Positions 1 through 9,255 of a stretch of DNA of 64,000 nt are shown piece after piece. How positions within the stretch are numbered: position 1 is the stretch's first letter; each line of letters opens with the position of its first letter. The stretch lies in contig JAUWHO010000001.1 in the NCBI GenBank assembly GCA_030605835.1, forward strand, positions 29,966 to 93,965. Direction: 5' to 3'. The DNA comes from Candidatus Zixiibacteriota bacterium. Its GTDB lineage: Bacteria > Zixibacteria > MSB-5A5 > DG-27. The notes beneath the pieces were generated by a model. The model had not been told where the DNA came from. It worked only from the letters and a program-made list of their open reading frames with translations, and did no database searches. The position numbers were made by a program, and so were the translations under genes.

Positions 1-231
1 CGTGGGAGAGCAGGATTCGGATATGACCCCTTATTCTATTTCCCCCCGTTGGGAAGAACCTTCGCAGAACTCTCTCCCCATGAGAAAAATAGGGTGAGCC
101 ATCGCGCCAAAGCGTTAGCAAGAGCCAAAGAGCTGCTTGTCCACAAGCTTTCAGAGGGAGAGAGCAATCGACGTATATGAACAACCAACAGCATCAACCC
201 CTTTAATCTGAGTCTTCTGAGAGTTTGGCTT

Positions 232-345
232 CTATCTCTCTATTCCGGTGGCTTTCTCGATCAATCTCTTGTCATAAGCCTTGATTAGGTCCCGCCGGGT
301 GACGATTCCGACCAGGCGGTGGGGGACGTTCTCGTCGATGACTGC
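232..345 (-). pseudogene. Duplicated 3' fragment of the ClC/CBS gene. It encodes ...VIDENVPHRLVGIVTRRDLIKAYDKRLIEKATGIER.
   Basis: A roughly 115-nt stretch at 232-345 is a near-copy, with about 10 mismatches, of 1092-1205 (the 3' end of the ClC gene). The ORF upstream of the homology (346-462) has no similarity to ClC. Confidence 0.4.
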
Positions 346-391
346 AGACGCATCATAGAGACGAGCTGCGAGCCAATGTCGGCAGCAGATC

Positions 392-616
392 TCAAGCATA
401 CTCGTAGAGGGGGACTGTTCCTGTTGGAGGCGTCGCTTTCCGTAATAATTCCTCAATCCCACGCACCGTTTCAGGCTTCAAAAGCACATCCCCACACACC
501 GAACACACCTCAGCGGGCACATGATCGATGACGACAACCTGTCCGCGATACCGCACGGTGTGCACAATTTTTCGTCCCTCATATTCACCGGGACAGCCCT
601 GAATACTACACTTCAT
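392..616 (-). CDS. YgiT-type zinc-finger antitoxin (MqsA-like). The likely start is MKCSIQGCPG.
   Basis: Paired CxxC...CxxCGD motifs (MKCSIQGCPG...VCSVCGD). It sits immediately downstream of the DUF4258 gene in the same orientation, with a 5-nt gap. Confidence 0.6.
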   Translation of the reverse strand: MKCSIQGCPGEYEGRKIVHTVRYRGQVVVIDHVPAEVCSVCGDVLLKPETVRGIEELLRKATPPTGTVPLYEYA

Positions 617-621
617 AGCAG

Positions 622-957
622 TTAGCTCCTTTGGGTGGGCGTCACCCACCTTGGCGGTTTAGGTTCATAGACCGTAATAATGATGAGTACCGTCTGGGCT
701 GTAGTGCAGACGATATGTAAAGGGCGACCGCTCCCCGCAAAACCACTAAGCAAACAACAAGCCCCGCGGCGGTGCTCGGGATAGTCCTCCAGAATCTTTC
801 CAGCAGCAATGGCTTCCAAAACCTCATCGAAAACAATGTCCTCCTCAACCATTTCTTGTTGAGCGTGTTGGGTTATGCGAACCTTCTCAGTCGGTGCCTG
901 AGCACGTATCCGCTCCAGCAGCGTCTCCAAGTCGATATTGCCAACTTCAGATGTCAC
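622..957 (-). CDS. DUF4258-family toxin-like protein.
   Basis: Motifs ITQHAQQEM...ILEDYP...GRPLHIVC...IIITVYEP match the DUF4258 pattern. It is the upstream partner of the zinc-finger antitoxin. Confidence 0.6.
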   Translation of the reverse strand: MTSEVGNIDLETLLERIRAQAPTEKVRITQHAQQEMVEEDIVFDEVLEAIAAGKILEDYPEHRRGACCLLSGFAGSGRPLHIVCTTAQTVLIIITVYEPKPPRWVTPTQRS

Positions 958-1091
958 TATAACCCAGAGTCACCTTCACCAGATGGGAACAAGAACATAT
1001 CGCATATTTCGTTCCTGCTCTGGAACCGGCACCGGTTAACCTCAAGAAATAAGATCTCAGAAATAGTGTCAACCTTTTTGAAGTCACTAAT

Positions 1092-2888
1092 CTATCTTTC
1101 TATCCCGGTGGCCTTCTGGATCAATCTCTTGTCGTAGGCCTTGATCAGGTCCCGCCGGGTGACGATCCCCACTAAACGGTGGGGGACGTTCTCGTCTATG
1201 ACCGGTAACGCCACGGTGTCACGCAAGCCAAACTTGTGGGAGGCGCCGGCGAGGCTCTCATAGGGACTCAGGGAGGTGATCTCGGAATTGGCGATGTCCC
1301 GGGCGATGATGAGATTATCCATCCCCTCCCTGGTTATGATAGTCCGCAAATCCTGAAGAGAGATCATCCCTAAAAAGCGCCCGTTCTCGTCGGTCACCGG
1401 GAAACACTCCTCGCGGGAATCCTCCATTAACCTCCAGATGGCTCCCAGAGTCATATGTTGAGGAATGGTCTGGTAGTGACGGTTCATCACCTCCTTGACG
1501 TATATGGAGCTTAAGACCTCAATGTCTCTGCCACCTCTCAAAGTGATCCCCCTTCGCACCAATTTCAGAGTGTAGATCGACTCCGGTTTGAGGCGCCGAG
1601 CGAGAAGAGCAGAGAAAGCACAAGCCAACATCAAAGGCAGGATTATGCGATAATCCCCAGTCATCTCAAATATGATGACCATCGCAGTGATGGGGGCATG
1701 GGTCGCGCCAGCGACAACCGCTCCCATGCCAACCAGAGCATAGGCGCCCGAAGAAGCGGTTACTGCCGGAAAAAGCCAGTGCATCAACTTGCCGAAAGAG
1801 CCGCCGGCCATAGAGCCGATGAAAAGGGAGGGAGCAAATATGCCTCCAGAGTTGCCGGAGCCCAGAGTGAGAGAGGTTGCCAGTATCTTCAAAAATATCA
1901 AGACAGACATAAGCCAGAGAGCCATCTCCGAATACAAGGCCTGCTTGATGAACTCGTAACCATCCTTGAAGACTTGAGGAAAGAACACCCCGATGATGCC
2001 CAAAAGGAGGCCTCCCAGGGCCGGCTTCAGATAACCGGGAATCTTGACCTTGTCCTCAAAGAAATCCTCCGCTCTGTAAAGGGTGGTGATGTATAGGACC
2101 GAGAACAGACCGCACAGTCCTCCCAACACCAGATACATCGGAAGCTCCGCCACGCTCAAAAGCTCGTAGTGGGGAACTGAAAAAGCAGGATAGTTGCCCA
2201 GAAAGGCGTGAGTCACGACCGAGGCGATGACCGAAGATAGGACCACCGGCCCGAAGGTATGAATCGCGAAGTCTCCCAGGATAATCTCCAGGGCAAAGAA
2301 AACCCCGGCAATGGGAGCATTGAACACCGCCGAAATTCCACCGGCGGCACCACACCCCACGAGCACCTTAATCCTCTGGTCCGACATCCGAAAATACTGT
2401 CCAATGGTGGAACCAACCGCCGAACCGATTTGCACTATGGGGCCCTCTCTCCCGGCTGAACCTCCACTACCTATGCAGATGCTGGAGGCGACGCTTTTTG
2501 CGACCGCCACCCGAGGCCGAATTATACCTCCTTTGGTGGCGACCGCCAGCATCACCTCCGGAACCCCGTGCCCTTTCGCCTCTGAGCTGAAGAAAGAAAC
2601 GATCGGTCCAACCAGAAGTCCCCCCAGTGCGGGAATCAATGGGATAAATATGTGCCAGTTGGTCGTCAACTGAGAAAAGACAAGCTCCCCCTTTCCGAAG
2701 AACAGGTCATAGAAGAAGTGTATCAGAAACCGGAAGAAGAGGGCAACAAAGCCAGTGGAAAGCCCCACCACAAAGGCCAAGATGATCAATATGGTCTGTT
2801 CGGAAAGATGGGCTTTCTCAACCAGGGAGGCGATTCTGTCGCCCGTCCTCTCTAAAATGGTTGGTCTTTTGGTAGTGTCGATTTCCAT
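1092..2888 (-). CDS. ClC family voltage-gated chloride channel with tandem C-terminal CBS domains.
   Basis: GSGGSAGREGP and GIFAPSLFIGSMAGG selectivity-filter motifs, many TM segments, and a C-terminal CBS pair. Confidence 0.85.
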   Translation of the reverse strand: MEIDTTKRPTILERTGDRIASLVEKAHLSEQTILIILAFVVGLSTGFVALFFRFLIHFFYDLFFGKGELVFSQLTTNWHIFIPLIPALGGLLVGPIVSFFSSEAKGHGVPEVMLAVATKGGIIRPRVAVAKSVASSICIGSGGSAGREGPIVQIGSAVGSTIGQYFRMSDQRIKVLVGCGAAGGISAVFNAPIAGVFFALEIILGDFAIHTFGPVVLSSVIASVVTHAFLGNYPAFSVPHYELLSVAELPMYLVLGGLCGLFSVLYITTLYRAEDFFEDKVKIPGYLKPALGGLLLGIIGVFFPQVFKDGYEFIKQALYSEMALWLMSVLIFLKILATSLTLGSGNSGGIFAPSLFIGSMAGGSFGKLMHWLFPAVTASSGAYALVGMGAVVAGATHAPITAMVIIFEMTGDYRIILPLMLACAFSALLARRLKPESIYTLKLVRRGITLRGGRDIEVLSSIYVKEVMNRHYQTIPQHMTLGAIWRLMEDSREECFPVTDENGRFLGMISLQDLRTIITREGMDNLIIARDIANSEITSLSPYESLAGASHKFGLRDTVALPVIDENVPHRLVGIVTRRDLIKAYDKRLIQKATGIER

Positions 2889-3129
2889 TCCCGTCTATTG
2901 CCGATGGCTCTATATCCTTTATCGGTCGAGGAGGGCGTCCTCAAATGTCCGATGATATGCGAAGCTCACGAGAAAATCAAGTCGATTCTGAAAATGGCCT
3001 GAGCCAGAATTGTCCGAAAGCTTGGCTGTTGGGAAAAAAGTGGGGCAGGAGTGCAACTCCTGCCCCAGCGAATACGCGGGCCCGAGAAACGTTGATTATC
3101 TGCTTAATCCGTTTAATCCGCTGTGAATC

Positions 3130-4986
3130 CTACTTCACCAGCATCATCCTCCGGGTCTCGGTGTAATCTCCAGCACTCAACCTGTAAAAATAGAGACCAG
3201 ATGAGACCGAGGAAGCATCCCAACTGACAGACTTGTATCCCGCGCCCTGTCTCCCATCAACCAACGTTGCTACCTTCTGTCCGAAAAGATTGCAGACCTC
3301 CAACACCACTTGACCATCTTCCGCCAACTCGTACTGGATGGTAGTGGTGGCATTAAAGGGGTTGGGATAATTCTGCGATAGGGCACAAACGCCGGGAAGA
3401 TTGCTTTCCACCGAGGTAACCTCCCTGAACCACACACCACTCCCTGGCCAATCGGCTACCCCTCCCTGTGTCGAACCGTATTTGGTGAAGTAGAGACAAG
3501 TGGAGTCCGTGATAGTCCCGGGGTAGTCACCAAGATAAGCGACAAAGACATAATCTCCTCCAGGTGCAAACCCGGGCACAGGCTGGGTGATGTCATCAAT
3601 GCCAATGCTGTCGACGGGAACGTAGATGTTGTCATACAGGTGTATGGGACCGAGCCGCCCCAACTCGGGAACAAAAACATATGTCCAGAGATCAGCCGGG
3701 CCGCCCAGACCTGAGAAGTTGAAGATCCAACCGTCATAAATGATGTCGCCACCTTCCGGAGGGATGATGACTCGCATATCGTGGGGGTAAAGCTCCACAA
3801 TCCCATCGACATCCTGGTTGAAATAGTAAGCCCCTATGTCGGACCTAGTGCCGTCGGGGTCATAGAGGTAAGGCACGCCAGCATCAATGCACGGTGAACG
3901 CCACCGCAACCTGAAATCGTCCACTTCCCTGCCCACAAACATGGGGTCTACGTTGATATTCCCCTGTCCGGACCAGCCACCCTTGATGTCGCAGTACTCT
4001 ACCGTGGGATACCCCCCCGCGACATAGATCTCCGAACCGCTACCAAGAGCAGTGTTGTCCCAGACAATGGTGTTCTCGATCCGGGGGCGTGAACCGTAGT
4101 TGCAGAAAATACCTCCACCATCGAACGCAAAGTTGTCATAGATCGTGTTGCTCTGTATCAGCGGAGCAGGTGTAGGATATTCATAGTGGACCTGGATACC
4201 ACCACCAGTTGAGGCAGCACAGTTACCGACGATGAGGTTCCCGCTCACTGTGGGACTCTCGTTCCAGACGTAGATCCCGCCAGCCTCCCAGCCCGACGAG
4301 TTGCGGATGATCAGGTTGTTGCTTATCGTCGGGTTGCCATAGGAGCTGAAGATGGCTCCACCGCCCAGGAGCAGAGCGCAGTTCTCCTCGATGATGTTGT
4401 TTGAGATGACTGGATCCCCACCCCACGGGCGGACACCACCGCCTTCAGCCCTCGCCCAGTTGTGGGCGATGTAGTTGTAGCTTATGGTAGGACTACCGTA
4501 GTAGGAGAAGATCCCGGCCCCGTTGTAGGCGCAGTTGTCGGTAATGGTGTTATGGGTTATCGTGGGGCTGCAGTACTCAATGTAGATGGCACCGCCACGC
4601 CAGTCCGGGACACCGCCAGTGGCCTCTCCATACTCCAAGTGGCAATAGCTTATCTCGGAGTTACTGTTGGCGGACAGAAGCCTTATACCATGCCAGCCAA
4701 CGCCAGGATCGTCCGCAGTGAAGTAAATCGAATCAGCTTCTGTCCCGACGGCGAGAAGGGTTGCTGAATTGTCCACGATGAACTTGTAGTGCCCCTGGAA
4801 AATCACCACGATTCCAGGCTCAATGGTTAAGGCTTGTCCTGATGGCACCTGTATTTGCCCGATGACATTATACGGGCTGTTGTCTCTCGTCCAGGTGCCC
4901 GATTGATCCCCCCAGACATCGATTGCTCTGGCGGTCAGAGGAAACAACACAACCGCCATCGCAAGAACTGCAAGTAAGACCCTCAT
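3130..4986 (-). CDS. Secreted parallel beta-helix (PbH1/Pmp-like GGGI...N..I repeat) protein with a T9SS type-A C-terminal sorting domain.
   Basis: Signal peptide MRVLLAVLAMAVVLFPLTARA, repeated GGGI/GGAI-N rungs, and the C-terminal YPNPFN...LYFYRLSAGDYTETRRMMLVK. Confidence 0.8.
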   Translation of the reverse strand: MRVLLAVLAMAVVLFPLTARAIDVWGDQSGTWTRDNSPYNVIGQIQVPSGQALTIEPGIVVIFQGHYKFIVDNSATLLAVGTEADSIYFTADDPGVGWHGIRLLSANSNSEISYCHLEYGEATGGVPDWRGGAIYIEYCSPTITHNTITDNCAYNGAGIFSYYGSPTISYNYIAHNWARAEGGGVRPWGGDPVISNNIIEENCALLLGGGAIFSSYGNPTISNNLIIRNSSGWEAGGIYVWNESPTVSGNLIVGNCAASTGGGIQVHYEYPTPAPLIQSNTIYDNFAFDGGGIFCNYGSRPRIENTIVWDNTALGSGSEIYVAGGYPTVEYCDIKGGWSGQGNINVDPMFVGREVDDFRLRWRSPCIDAGVPYLYDPDGTRSDIGAYYFNQDVDGIVELYPHDMRVIIPPEGGDIIYDGWIFNFSGLGGPADLWTYVFVPELGRLGPIHLYDNIYVPVDSIGIDDITQPVPGFAPGGDYVFVAYLGDYPGTITDSTCLYFTKYGSTQGGVADWPGSGVWFREVTSVESNLPGVCALSQNYPNPFNATTTIQYELAEDGQVVLEVCNLFGQKVATLVDGRQGAGYKSVSWDASSVSSGLYFYRLSAGDYTETRRMMLVK

Positions 4987-5100
4987 TGATACCTCCCCAG
5001 AATTAGGGTTATTGGTTATAAAGAACTGTTAGCTTTCCTTAGACTGTATTCGATCCATTAGATAATCTAAGCTGCCGAGAACATTTGTCAAGCAAAAAAG

Positions 5101-5240
5101 TTGATTTTCTCCACAAGTGGAACCTCACTTCACCAGCATCATCCTCCGGGTCTCGGTGTAATCTCCGGCAGTGAGCTTGTAGAAGTAAATGCCGCAAGAG
5201 ACCTCCGAGGCATCCCAGACGACCGACCTGTAACCTGCCC
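5101..5240 (-). pseudogene. Orphan 3' fragment of a T9SS CTD gene (WDASEVSCGIYFYKLTAGDYTETRRMMLVK*).
   Basis: Only the last ~30 codons of a CTD plus the stop codon are present. No upstream ORF body. It lies directly downstream of the tRNA-like gene. Confidence 0.5.
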
Positions 5241-5331
5241 ACTCAATATCTTACACCACTGTGGCCACCTTCGCGCCCAGCTATTTCAGTCTGAACCAGA
5301 ACCGAAAAGTTCTGTCTTTAGTGAGGTCAAC

Positions 5332-5404
5332 CCCCCGCGGCCGGACTCGAACCAGCGACAGGGTGGTTAACAGCCACCTGCTCTACCAACTGAGCTACAT
5401 CCCC
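5332..5404 (-). tRNA. tRNA-Asn(GTT)-like gene. The D, anticodon and T arms are canonical, but the acceptor stem does not pair in my hand fold.
   Basis: On the minus strand: GGGGATG-TA-GCTC-AGTTGGTA-GAGC-A-GGTGG-CTGTTAA-CCACC-CTGTC-GCTGG-TTCGAGT-CCGGC-CGCGGGG-G. The 5' GGGGATG would need 3' CATCCCC, but CGCGGGG is observed. No CCA. Confidence 0.5.
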
Positions 5405-5509
5405 GAAACTGCTTTCAACGTCTCCGTTTACCAACTCCACCTGTCTTTGTCCTGCCCGCGCCGGTATTGGAAATGCTAGGGGCCTTTCACCACAATCTTT
5501 CAGCTCTCC

Positions 5510-6232
5510 TCACTGCTTTACAGCTAAAACTGCGTTTCTCCTCCGAAGAAATGGAACCAGCCATTGAAGGAGCCTTTCCGCGATATTGAAAACGGGCAGG
5601 TGCGACTCGCGGTGATAAGCTCTCCTGATTCTGAATCCCTGGTCTGTTAATTCCTCTTTGAGTTCCCTCAGGGTTCTATATCCAACGTGACCTTCATCCT
5701 TTTTCAGGATTATATTCCTCTGTTTCAGATACTCGAAGATATGCCCCGGATTAGGCGTCCAGATTATGAGTTTCCCGCCTACCTTGAGAACCCGCTTGAC
5801 CTCGCCAATCAACCTTTTGAACACCTCCGGGTAGAGATGCTCGACCAAATCAGCACAGATAATCACGTCGAAGGAAGCCGACGCAAATCCTGTAGAAGTG
5901 GCGTCTGCCAGGACAAACTCCGCCTTCAGATTCAAATCCTGTGCCAACCTACGGCAGATACTAATCGATTCCTTGGAGTAGTCCAACCCAGTCACCTCAA
6001 CACCCATCCTGGCCAGCTCCATAGAGAAGGTTCCAACCCCGCAACCCAAGTCCAACACCTTCTCACCTCTTTTAGGCCCATAGATCTCAAATACCCTCTC
6101 CAGTCGATAGCGGGTGAACCTGTCTCTCTTCCGATAACTCTCTAAAAGTGGTCGGTAATACTCCCGGTCATAGTGGGGGCGGATTGCCTCCTGTTTTTGC
6201 AGGTCACCGGCATCAGCTTCCTTTTTCTGCAA
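5510..6232 (-). CDS. Class I SAM-dependent methyltransferase.
   Basis: Motif I VLDLGCGVGTFSMELA and a downstream acidic motif II (VIICADLVEH). Confidence 0.75.
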   Translation of the reverse strand: MQKKEADAGDLQKQEAIRPHYDREYYRPLLESYRKRDRFTRYRLERVFEIYGPKRGEKVLDLGCGVGTFSMELARMGVEVTGLDYSKESISICRRLAQDLNLKAEFVLADATSTGFASASFDVIICADLVEHLYPEVFKRLIGEVKRVLKVGGKLIIWTPNPGHIFEYLKQRNIILKKDEGHVGYRTLRELKEELTDQGFRIRRAYHRESHLPVFNIAERLLQWLVPFLRRRNAVLAVKQ

Positions 6233-6277
6233 GCAGCACCTCCTTCGAGAAGATTTTTGAGTTTACCCTTTCATTCC

Positions 6278-6978
6278 TCATTTGAGCAGAGTTACTGGCT
6301 TTTTCCAACTGTGATCGGCGCACGACAGTTGCATGTAATAGACTCCGGAAGCATAATCCCTGGCGTTGAAGAAAACATGGTAACTCCCCTTATGCAGCTT
6401 CCCCTGATAGACATTCTCCATCTTTCTGCCAAGGGGGTCATAGACGGAAAGATCAACCTCGCCTGGTTTTTGAACACAGAAGGAAACATTCATTTGAAGA
6501 TTAAACGGGTTGGGATATGCTGTAAATACAAACCAGTCTTCTGGATTCGAGGGAGACTCGTCGTCCCCGATAACCGGTTTCTAGTGCAGGGCCCAGGTGT
6601 CGTTGAACAGAGCATAGTAGCGCTGATTGCCACCGAAGACCAAGAACCTGCCACCGTGTACGTCGATATTGCCGGTGCAGTCTCGACGTGGCTAAAGGTG
6701 ATAACCGAACCGGCTGAGTCTCCGTCAATTATCGTAGTGGAAATGTAGGTTGTGTCCCCTGTGGTCAAAAACAGCGAAGCCAAAACCACATTATGCCCGT
6801 TGAAGTTAAGGTTCTCATAGTAAGTGCCCGGCTGCACCAAGACGGTATCGCCGTCTAGCCCGTGATCTATCCCCTCCTGTATGGTGGGATAGTCCCCCGG
6901 AATGTTGATGATGGTGGCACCGGCAGTCAGAGGAAACAACACGACCGCCATCGCAAGAACTGCAAGTAAGACCCTCAT
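6278..6978 (-). pseudogene. Disrupted mosaic paralog of the beta-helix T9SS cargo family. The N-terminal ~95 aa and a divergent CTD are retained, and the beta-helix body is deleted or frameshifted.
   Basis: ORF 6490-6978 carries the signal peptide of the 3130-4986 gene and then a body matching the 7118-9127 gene, before it decays. ORF 6278-6493 holds a CTD-like tail (SGVYYMQL...). About 0.7 kb in total, against about 2 kb for intact paralogs. Confidence 0.6.
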
Positions 6979-7117
6979 TTGGTACCTCCCCAGAATTGGG
7001 GTTATTGGTTATAAAGAACTGTTAGCTTTCCTTAGATGTATTCTATCTCCTTAAATAACTTACATTGCCGAGAGCATTTGTCAAGCAAAAAAGTTGATTT
7101 CCTTCATTAGCGGAACC

Positions 7118-9127
7118 TCACTTCACCAGCATCATCCTCCGGGTTTCGGTGAAGTCTCCGGCAGTCAGCTTGTAGAAATAAAGACCGGAGGAAACCGAGG
7201 AAGCATCCCACATCGCAGAGCGGTATCCAGCCGCCTGTCTTTCGTCTACTAAGGTTGCCACCTTTTGACCGGAGAGGTTGTAAATCTCCAGCTTGACGTA
7301 AGCATCTACCGGCAACTGGCAATTGATAGCGGTGGTTGCGTTGAAGGGGTTAGGGTAGTTCTGGCTCAGAGAATACGCTCTCGGCAGAGTAGCTTCCGAT
7401 AGCTCGGAACGGCTATCGAACCACCCCTTAAGAGCCTCCCAACCGTTCCTCTCCCCTGAGGTATAAGCAGCGCCCTCCTTTGCAAAGTACATACAGCTGG
7501 AGTCAATGGTAGAAGAAGGAAAGTCCCCGATGTAGGTCACGAAGCTGTAATCGCCGGAAGGGGCATAACCCGGCACATGCTCTATCAGGTCAGCCCGGAT
7601 GATGCTGTCCGCAAAGGGGATGGTCACATCGCTGTAGCGCCACAGGCGGTAAGGACGGTTAAGCCCCGGCACAAAGGCCTGCGCCCAGATGTCCACCGTG
7701 AGGTTACCCCGCGAGAGATTGAGAACACCGCCGTCATAGGTGATGTCTCCACCCTGCGGCGGAATGACAATCGGCTCATCGTGCGGATACACCTCAACGA
7801 TTCCGACCACCGCGAGGTTGAAGTAGAATGCGCCAATGTCGGAGCGGGTGCCGTCAGGGTCAGTCAGCGAAGGATCGCCGGCATTGATACAGGGGGAGTG
7901 CCACCTTAGGTGGAAATCATCGTTGTAGGGGCCAGCAAACAGCGGGTCAGCATCGATATTGCCGAAACCGGGCCAGCCACCATTGACATCACAGTACCTG
8001 ACTGTAGGATCACTGGCATAACCCACGAAAATCTCTGGGCCGTTTGGCGCTATATTTCCCCACAAGACACTGTTTGTAATCGCTGGGTTGGAATAGTAGT
8101 AGCAATAGACCCCACCGCCGTAAGTAGCCGAATTACCGCTGATGGTGTTTTTGATAATCACCGGTGTGGAGGGGAAGCAAGAAATCCCACTACCTCGATT
8201 AGCCCAATTTTTGCTTATGATATTATCGCTCATCGTAAATTCTGGACGTATCCTCACTATTGCTCTTTTATCTTCATCATCATCACAAGAAATTCCACCT
8301 CCGGTGCTAGCTGAATTACCGCTGATAATATTATTGCTTATCATAGGGCTGGAAACGAAACAGTAAATCCCACCACCGCGAAAGCTAGCCGAATTACCGC
8401 TGAAGGCGTTATCGCTTATAGTCGAACTGGAATATTCACAGCAAATTCCGCCGCCGTAAGTAGCCGAATTACCATTGAAGGTGTTACCACTTATCTTTAA
8501 TCTGCCACGCCAGCAACAGATCCCGCCGCCGAACTCAGCGGAGTTATCGGTAATTGTGTTAGCGCTTATGGTTGGGCTGGAATACTCACAACAAATTCCG
8601 CCACCTTCGGCGTAAGCAACAACTGCCGAATTTCTGCTAATTGTATTACTGCTTATCGTTGCGTTGGAAGATGAGCAAAGAATCCCGCCGCCACCCCACC
8701 AACCAGTCGAATAATTATCGTTGATGATATTATTGCTTATCGTTGGGCTGGAGCCTTTGCAATAGATCCCGCCGCCGGAGCCAGCGCTTCCATTCTGAAT
8801 TGTGAATCCCACAACCTGAGCGGTGCTGTCTTCGCCACTTTCAAAAGTGATGACCGAACCGGCTGAATCACCGTCAATGATAGTGGTGGATATGTAAGCC
8901 GTATCCCCGGTGGTCAAAAACAGCGAAGCTAAAACGACATTATGCCCGTTGAAGTTAAGGTTCTCATAGTAGGTGTCGGGCTGCACCAGGACAGTGTCTC
9001 CATGCGCCCCGTGATTTATCCCTTCCTGTATGGTTGGGTAATCATCGGGGATGTTAATAACAGTAGCACCGGCGATCAGAGGAAACAGCACGACCGTCAT
9101 AACAAAAAGTCTAAGTAAGGCCCTCAT
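7118..9127 (-). CDS. Secreted parallel beta-helix repeat protein with a T9SS type-A CTD.
   Basis: Signal peptide, more than 12 GGGI(Y/C)C...N rungs, and the C-terminal YPNPFN...LYFYKLTAGDFTETRRMMLVK. Confidence 0.8.
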   Translation of the reverse strand: MRALLRLFVMTVVLFPLIAGATVINIPDDYPTIQEGINHGAHGDTVLVQPDTYYENLNFNGHNVVLASLFLTTGDTAYISTTIIDGDSAGSVITFESGEDSTAQVVGFTIQNGSAGSGGGIYCKGSSPTISNNIINDNYSTGWWGGGGILCSSSNATISSNTISRNSAVVAYAEGGGICCEYSSPTISANTITDNSAEFGGGICCWRGRLKISGNTFNGNSATYGGGICCEYSSSTISDNAFSGNSASFRGGGIYCFVSSPMISNNIISGNSASTGGGISCDDDEDKRAIVRIRPEFTMSDNIISKNWANRGSGISCFPSTPVIIKNTISGNSATYGGGVYCYYYSNPAITNSVLWGNIAPNGPEIFVGYASDPTVRYCDVNGGWPGFGNIDADPLFAGPYNDDFHLRWHSPCINAGDPSLTDPDGTRSDIGAFYFNLAVVGIVEVYPHDEPIVIPPQGGDITYDGGVLNLSRGNLTVDIWAQAFVPGLNRPYRLWRYSDVTIPFADSIIRADLIEHVPGYAPSGDYSFVTYIGDFPSSTIDSSCMYFAKEGAAYTSGERNGWEALKGWFDSRSELSEATLPRAYSLSQNYPNPFNATTAINCQLPVDAYVKLEIYNLSGQKVATLVDERQAAGYRSAMWDASSVSSGLYFYKLTAGDFTETRRMMLVK

Positions 9128-9255
9128 TTGGTACCTCCCTTAAAATAGGTTTATTTGTCAAAAGGGGATGCTGGCTTTCCTTGGAATACTTCTCTTATAA
9201 TCCCTATAGTAACCTAAGGCTTCAGATGACCTTTGTCAAGCAGAATGATGACAAG

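Noticed and set aside
5261-5479. Small plus-strand ORFs overlapping the tRNA-like gene.
   Set aside because: They overlap a structured RNA gene and have no coding signal, so they are treated as noise.
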